Positions 57,488 to 64,000 of a DNA stretch of 64,000 bases are shown here, piece after piece. A program made the position numbers and the translations under genes. The notes below the pieces were generated by a model, which had not been told where the DNA came from, made no database searches, and was given only the letters and a program-made list of their open reading frames with translations. Source of the stretch: Eledone cirrhosa. Taxonomy: Eukaryota. The stretch is from assembly GCA_964016885.1 (NCBI GenBank), contig OZ024747.1, positions 80,166,001 to 80,230,000 on the forward strand, read 5' to 3'. Every line of letters begins with the position of its first letter. The stretch's first letter is position 1.

Positions 57488-57678
57488 TTGTTTCTACTTA
57501 TGGCACAAGGCCAGCAATTATCCCAGTGTATCACTGGTACTTTATTTTATCGACCCCATAAGGATGAAAGGCTAAGTTAACCTCGGCGGTATTTGAACTC
57601 AGACCAAAAAGGGCCGTAACTCTTTGCTGCAAAGCTTGGCGTCCAACCCTCTACCGATACTGCCAATCCACCGCCCTT
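57488..57678 (-). mobile_element. tRNA-derived SINE (same family as 3385)
   Basis: Full-length copy. Partial relatives at 16180-16322, 54198-54294 and 57060-57465. Confidence 0.88.
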
Positions 57679-59296
57679 AGATTATATAATGATGCATCGT
57701 GTGTGTTGATGTACTAAGTATGGTATGATTATACGGTTTAATTATATGAGGCTGTCTTGTGCTGTAGTGATGTGGTGATATAGTGTCTGTCATATGGTAC
57801 TGCCTCGTAGTGATGTAGTTCTCCATGTTAATCAGAAAATCGAAGAAAGAGAAGGTTATAAGGAGAAGAGAGGAGAGGAGATTGTTGAATAATCGAAAAA
57901 TTGAATCGGAAGATATCAGACAATTAAAAGAAAAAAGAATTAAAAATAATTAAATTTAATGTAAAATAAAACAAATAAAACTAAGACTTTCATTAACTGA
58001 GAATTATCGGCTGACATATTGAAGTACTCAAACAACAAAATCATCGGGAATCACGAAATCAACCGCAACATCATCTGCTACAACAAATAACAATATGAAT
58101 ATTAACACGAAAATACTATAAGACGGAAATGAAATGAAACAGTAAAACAGAAAGCAGGAGAGGTGAAACCAATTTTCAATTGCATGTTATATAATTGCTC
58201 TTCATTTTGTAAAATTTGTAATACTGGCATTTATCACGAAATTATTGTGAATAATGGCGAGTTGTAGTAGCGAGTCGTTGTCGAGGAGAAGGAATGCATC
58301 ACACGAACTGAAATCTCCCGTCAAGTTCCTGGTGCGTGTCTGTGAAGCAGTTTTGATTCCAATAGAAATGTATAACAGGAAAAATATATTTCAGAAAACC
58401 ATGAGATTACTGAATATTTTTTTCCCCATCTCTAATAACTATTAGGATTGTAGAGTCATAATGACTCATTCCATAGTTCTGATTTTGAGTCACAAATAAA
58501 GTTATCAAAGCTACACAGCTTTGAGTAGCACCCCATAACGTGACATAAATCACGTACCAATAGCATGCTGTGTAACCATGTTACCAATTACAATACAGAG
58601 AACCTGCCATCCTTTTCTATCAAATTACACATTACCAAAGGTTTTAAACACATTTGCAATTTCAGCTGAACAATTTTTATCAGCGTAATTCAATTATCAA
58701 GATTTTCGAGCAAGAAAAATAGACTATTTAACTAACCCCCTTAGCAAGTCTACTGCGGCTCTTTACTAACTCAAATTGGTACCTATAATGTATATCTAAT
58801 ATAATTTACATTGGAATCTTAGCAATTATTTAATGCTATTTAATTCTCCATTAGGCATTTGTACTATTGGAAAAAACACGATTATCCACACATTATTTAT
58901 TACCAGATCTGTAAATACAGGCGAGAGTAACAAGACATTGGAGAATGCCAGATGAAGTTCTTTGCATTGTTTAGTTGTTTTCTGTTAAATCCAAAGTAAA
59001 TAAGCATTTCTTTTATATCGCAATTAATTGGTTACAGGTTTCCAACGGACCAATCACTGGTTGATTAAATTTCTGGGGAGGGCGGGAGTTGATAAGGGGT
59101 TGTCTCTAACTCGGTGCATAATGAATATTCCAATGTTTGAAAAGCACCGGATTTTCGTTTTTCTCACTGGTATGTGCATCCTTCGTCGATATATACCGAC
59201 GAAAAAAAACGTATAGTGTGATTCATATTGGTACAAATTCCAATTAAATAAAAAATATGCTCAAAACCGTTAGATGGAATATAACTCCCACACCTC

Positions 59297-59345
<49 letters not shown>

Positions 59346-59379
59346 TTTTATAAATATAGTTTCCATTTGTTAATATATC

Positions 59380-59714
<335 letters not shown>

Positions 59715-59734
59715 CATACATACATATATATATA

Positions 59735-60105
59735 TGAATAAAGTTGGTCCTTCATCAGTGATCTTCCAACCATCCTCGGTATTTCTTCGCTTTAAAGACC
59801 ATATACCTCCGGTTGGTGCGAGTAACGGCTAAAGAAAGTCGTTGGGACACGTAAATAAAGGGAACAGTGAGAGTGTAAACAAACAAAGATGGCGAAGCAA
59901 CGAAAAGTGAGGAAGAACGAGTCAAGTCCCAAATTTCCATGAATATAAGTTCGGTGAAATCGTGAACGAGAGAGAATAAAGACCATCAAACCTAGTTGAA
60001 ATGTGAGCAAGGAAGGAATTCCGCACAGGTCAAACGGTAGGAAGAAGGAGTCTAGTCCGTGAATTCGGTGAACATAAATTCTGTGAAATCGTAGACGAGA
60101 GAGAA
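59735..60105 (-). repeat. Repeat homologous to 11513-11752
   Basis: Minus strand ends gatcaCTGATGAaggaccaactttattca(TA)n. Confidence 0.7.
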
Positions 60106-60108
60106 AAA

Positions 60109-60137
<29 letters not shown>

Positions 60138-60140
<3 letters not shown>

Positions 60141-60330
60141 CAAAGGAATTGTGGTAAGGAACCAAATGGACCATAACGCACCAGAGTACTCAATACTTTG
60201 GGTAGTAGAGTGGGAAATAGGAAAAAGTATGACCCCGACGGCAAAGCTCAAGACATTTCGACGGCTATTTCTGGTCCAGAAATAGCCGTCGAAACGGCTT
60301 GAGCTCTGCCGTCGGGGTCACACTTTTGCC

Positions 60331-60332
<2 letters not shown>
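60138..60332 (-). mobile_element. Fold-back palindrome with tail, family D (opposite orientation)
   Basis: Centre at 60275 (tatttctgg t ccagaaata), tail on the left. Confidence 0.8.
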
Positions 60333-60361
<29 letters not shown>

Positions 60362-60554
60362 TCGTTGTATTTTTACATTGCATTTTCACTCTGAAACTGG
60401 ATTTGTTTCTTCTTTAATTTCTCATTCTTTGTTCTTATGAAGGACTTGCGTCGGAACAGTTAAGACTCTCTTCCTTCTATTTCAAGCGTTAAACTAATAT
60501 ATTCCTTCCATGTACTGTGCTGTTGATTTGTTATTTTTCTCACTTAGGTTTACC

Positions 60555-60664
<110 letters not shown>

Positions 60665-61441
60665 GTATATATATATATATATTGAACATGATTTGATTTC
60701 TGTTAGAAGGTACTCAATATGCTGCTTAGTGGTATTGGACTTAGTCCCATGCTATTGTGAAGCGAACTTGTTAATCACACAGCCATGCCTGCAGCCCGCG
60801 CCAATAAATTTGTCTTTGATCCATCAAAATTTGATAACGTAATGGAATTTACCAGTAATGGAATTGATAGATTTAATAATTTATATCCACCACTTTCTAT
60901 TAAGAAGTGTCACTATGTTTCATCAAAAGAAATTATTATATATTTTTTCGAATTCATTTTATTGGCTTATTTCTTCTCTTTTATGTTTTGCATTCATTTT
61001 TCTTTCGATTCATAAACCCAGTCTGACCAAAGGTGTAAACAAATATAAATAGAAAATATTTACTTTTATCTGAAATAGTCTTCGTTTGTTTGCTTATTTG
61101 TTTCTGGACTAAAATTTCAAAAATCAGCAATTAGGTAATATTTATTTCATGCATGAAAGAATTTGTCTCGGTAATTGCGAAGACACTGGAGATAAAACGA
61201 AAAGATGACAAATAGAAAATATTTATTTTTGAGAAGGGATAGGTTATTTATGTCGTATCCACATGAACGATTTATGAGATTTAATATTTTCCTGTATCAG
61301 TTTCGATTCCCAAGCTGGATCCGCTTCATTTACGCTAAGATCTCACAGCTAATAATATGAAATATTTACTATAATTAAACATCTACTAAAGTACATTTGA
61401 ACACTGTATTATATATATATTATATATATATTATATATATG

Positions 61442-61494
<53 letters not shown>

Positions 61495-61498
<4 letters not shown>

Positions 61499-61683
61499 AA
61501 CAAGTATGACCCCGACGGCAGAGCTCAAGCCGTTTCGACGACTATTTCTGCGAAATAGCCGTCGAAACGGCTTGAGCTCTGCCGTCGGGGTCATACTTGT
61601 TCCTATTACCCACTCTACTACCCTAAGTATTGAGTACTTTGGTACGTTATAGTCCATCTGGTTCCTTACCACAATTCCTTCGT

Positions 61684-61685
<2 letters not shown>
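61495..61685 (+). mobile_element. Fold-back palindrome with tail, family D
   Basis: Palindrome 61495-61605, GAAA at 61564, GTC at 61584, tail to 61685. Confidence 0.82.
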
Positions 61686-61715
<30 letters not shown>

Positions 61716-61788
61716 GGGTTCAATCGGGGGTAACCACAGTTGATAAGAGACTCAATACATAGCAGAGTATAAATAGTTTATATATATA

Positions 61789-62640
61789 CTAGCAGAATGG
61801 CCCAGCGTTGCTCGGGGTTCTAAACATAGATTGGCCTGTTTATCCCTCCTTTCTGAAATAGTACAGAGAAGTACAGAATACCTCGGCCTGGGGATTGTGT
61901 CTACATTTTGTGCTTATAAAAAAAATTCGTCGTAGATTACCAAGGGTTTAACTTAATTGGGTGCCTGAGAGTAAAATGTTCAACCTACGAAAGCCAAGAC
62001 GATAGGGTTAAGTAAAAAGGCATTCGACAAACAGAACATGTATATGTGCTATGGTACAATGAAAGCAATAGTTACAGAGCAGTAAGCATGTGGGACTGCA
62101 GTGATGGAGAGCATGAAGGAATTTAGTTGGATACTTTTAACCTTACAGGCCCTAACGCAACCAAAATGCTAAACAATGCGGTCCCTGGGAAAAAATTTGA
62201 AATCTTTTTCAGTCAAGAAAATTTGTGAAACATAAGTAATGCATATGCAAAGTTAAAAAAAAAATCGGTTGGGTACCTCTAGAGTTACAGGCCCTAACGC
62301 AACCAAAATGCTTTAAAAAATCGGGTTTTCCCCTAATGCGGTCTCTGGGGCCAAACATGAGAAAATCTTTTTTGCTCAAAACACTTTAAACGACATAAGT
62401 AATGCACATTTTGAAGAAATGGCCTGGATTATTGTTCCGTTATGCCTAAAAAAGCCTTTAAAACCTAAAATATGCGGTTTTTAGCCTAATGCGGTCCCCA
62501 GGGCTTTGAAAATTTGAAATATTATTTTGCTCAAAACAGTCACACCACCATAAGTATTACATGTGTAAAGATTGAAAAAAATCGGTTGGGTGGTTCTCGA
62601 GTTTTAGGGAGACAGACCGACAAATATTCTCTGTTTTAGA
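61789..62640 (-). mobile_element. Non-autonomous Helitron, copy B
   Basis: Same TC 5' end, 3' hairpin and CTAG as copy A. Confidence 0.8.
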
Positions 62641-62646
62641 TATATA

Positions 62647-62794
62647 CTAGAAGAATGGCCCGGCGTTGCTCGGGATTTGCTCTAGGGTTCTTATATATTT
62701 GATATATATATTCATCCTTATCGAGCCGCGTGAAATAAATACGTTTGTTTATATTTTGTTATTGTGTATGCAAAAATATCTGTACACGAATATA

Positions 62795-62847
<53 letters not shown>

Positions 62848-63317
62848 GTAACAGATTAAAGTTTAAGCAAAGAATCGCTGCTTTCACCCTTAACGGGATC
62901 TTCTGAAATTAAAAAAGTCAATCTGTGAACGCAGAAGTAAATATTTGGAAAAACGTTACACACTATATATATATACACACACACACTATATATACATATA
63001 TATATATATACACACACACAGATAGCGACGTCATCATGTCGTAATGCAGGCAGTCAGACATACAGACAGATATTATAAGGGCGCAAGGTTATATCTATGT
63101 ATCTATCTAAAAAGAAAGACTAAGAATTCCAGAGGGAGATCGCTAAATCGCCTAATGCGGTCCCTAGGGCATTGAAAATTCGATATTCTTTTTGCTCAAA
63201 CCACTCACAGGACCATAAGTATTACATGTGTAAAATTTGAAAACAATCGGTTGGGTGTTTCTCAAGTTTTAGGGTGTCAGACAGACAGACAGACATTCTC
63301 TGTTTTAGATCTATAGA
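62647..63317 (-). mobile_element. Non-autonomous Helitron, copy C (head-to-tail with B)
   Basis: CTAG at 62647, hairpin cccggcgttgctcggg, and extensive identity to copy A. Confidence 0.82.
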
Positions 63318-63753
63318 TATATCTTCCTGCTATTTCAAGCGCTAAACTAATATATTTCTTCCATGTACTGTGCCGTTTGTTTGGTTAGTTTTATTATTTC
63401 TGTTTACCTTTTACATATATTTATATGTACAGTGGCGGACTGGGTCTAAAAATATTGGTTGCCAGGAGATGAAGGGGACCCACCTACATATAGAATGTTA
63501 TCATTTAATTTTTATAATGAATAAATAACATTTTCAAAAAATACATAAGTGGAAACAAAACAGTGTAATCAAATTTTTGCGGGAAAATATCTTACCTTCT
63601 CCAATAAAAAATATTATGTATTTTGCGAAATCTAGAGACTTTCAATAATGACCAGAAGTCGAGCCTAAATATTACTAATAACTCTAGGAAAGCAATGAAC
63701 GACGCCACATCTTTTTAACTTTGATTTTGAATGTAGATTTATAATTATCAATT

Positions 63754-63904
63754 TGTCACGGTCCTTCGTCATCTCCTCCGTGAGTTTCAGTGATCTGAGG
63801 TCTGCTCTCACCACCTCCACTCATGTTTTTTGTGGTCTTCTTCTACTGCGTCTTCCTTCCACTGGGATTTCTTGGCACTTCTTTACCCAGCGGTCATCCT
63901 CCAT
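63754..63904 (-). mobile_element. RTE-clade LINE C-terminal fragment
   Basis: MEDDRWVKKCQEIPVEGRRSRRRPQKT*VEVVRADL...TKDR. Confidence 0.72.
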
Positions 63905-64000
63905 ACACACAGATATATATATATATATATATAAATATATAAACTAATCGCCCGATATAATTCTCAAATAACTGAGGTTCGGGTCTCTATAACACCATCG

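Overview
AT-rich animal genomic DNA dense in microsatellites. The SINE and repeat content suggests an octopus or other cephalopod, which is an inference. I recognise no intact host gene, and most ORFs in the track are translated (TA)n, (CA)n, (TATG)n or (TAA)n runs. The window is mostly mobile elements: Tx1-clade L1 LINEs (one near full-length at 45.3-49.5 kb plus many 3' stubs), R4/Dong-type RT-RLE LINEs, RTE fragments, tRNA-derived SINEs, hAT MITEs, non-autonomous Helitrons, a Helitron helicase relic, a tRNA-Ser pseudogene and a Penelope-like element (PLE; RT + GIY-YIG, Naiad-like) with 496-bp inverted pLTR arms. The most striking signal is a recurring architecture: (TA)n - short arm - fold-back centre - long arm with an extra 80-110 nt tail - (TA)n. 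It occurs about nine times in four unrelated sequence families, and each copy carries a whole or half type I hammerhead ribozyme. The coding PLE has the same layout. Also notable: retroelement families partition across microsatellite types, a SINE 3' end resembles the Tx1 LINE 3' end, a solitary hammerhead lies at 41.6 kb, and an E2F/E-box/CCAAT motif cluster lies at 43.0 kb.
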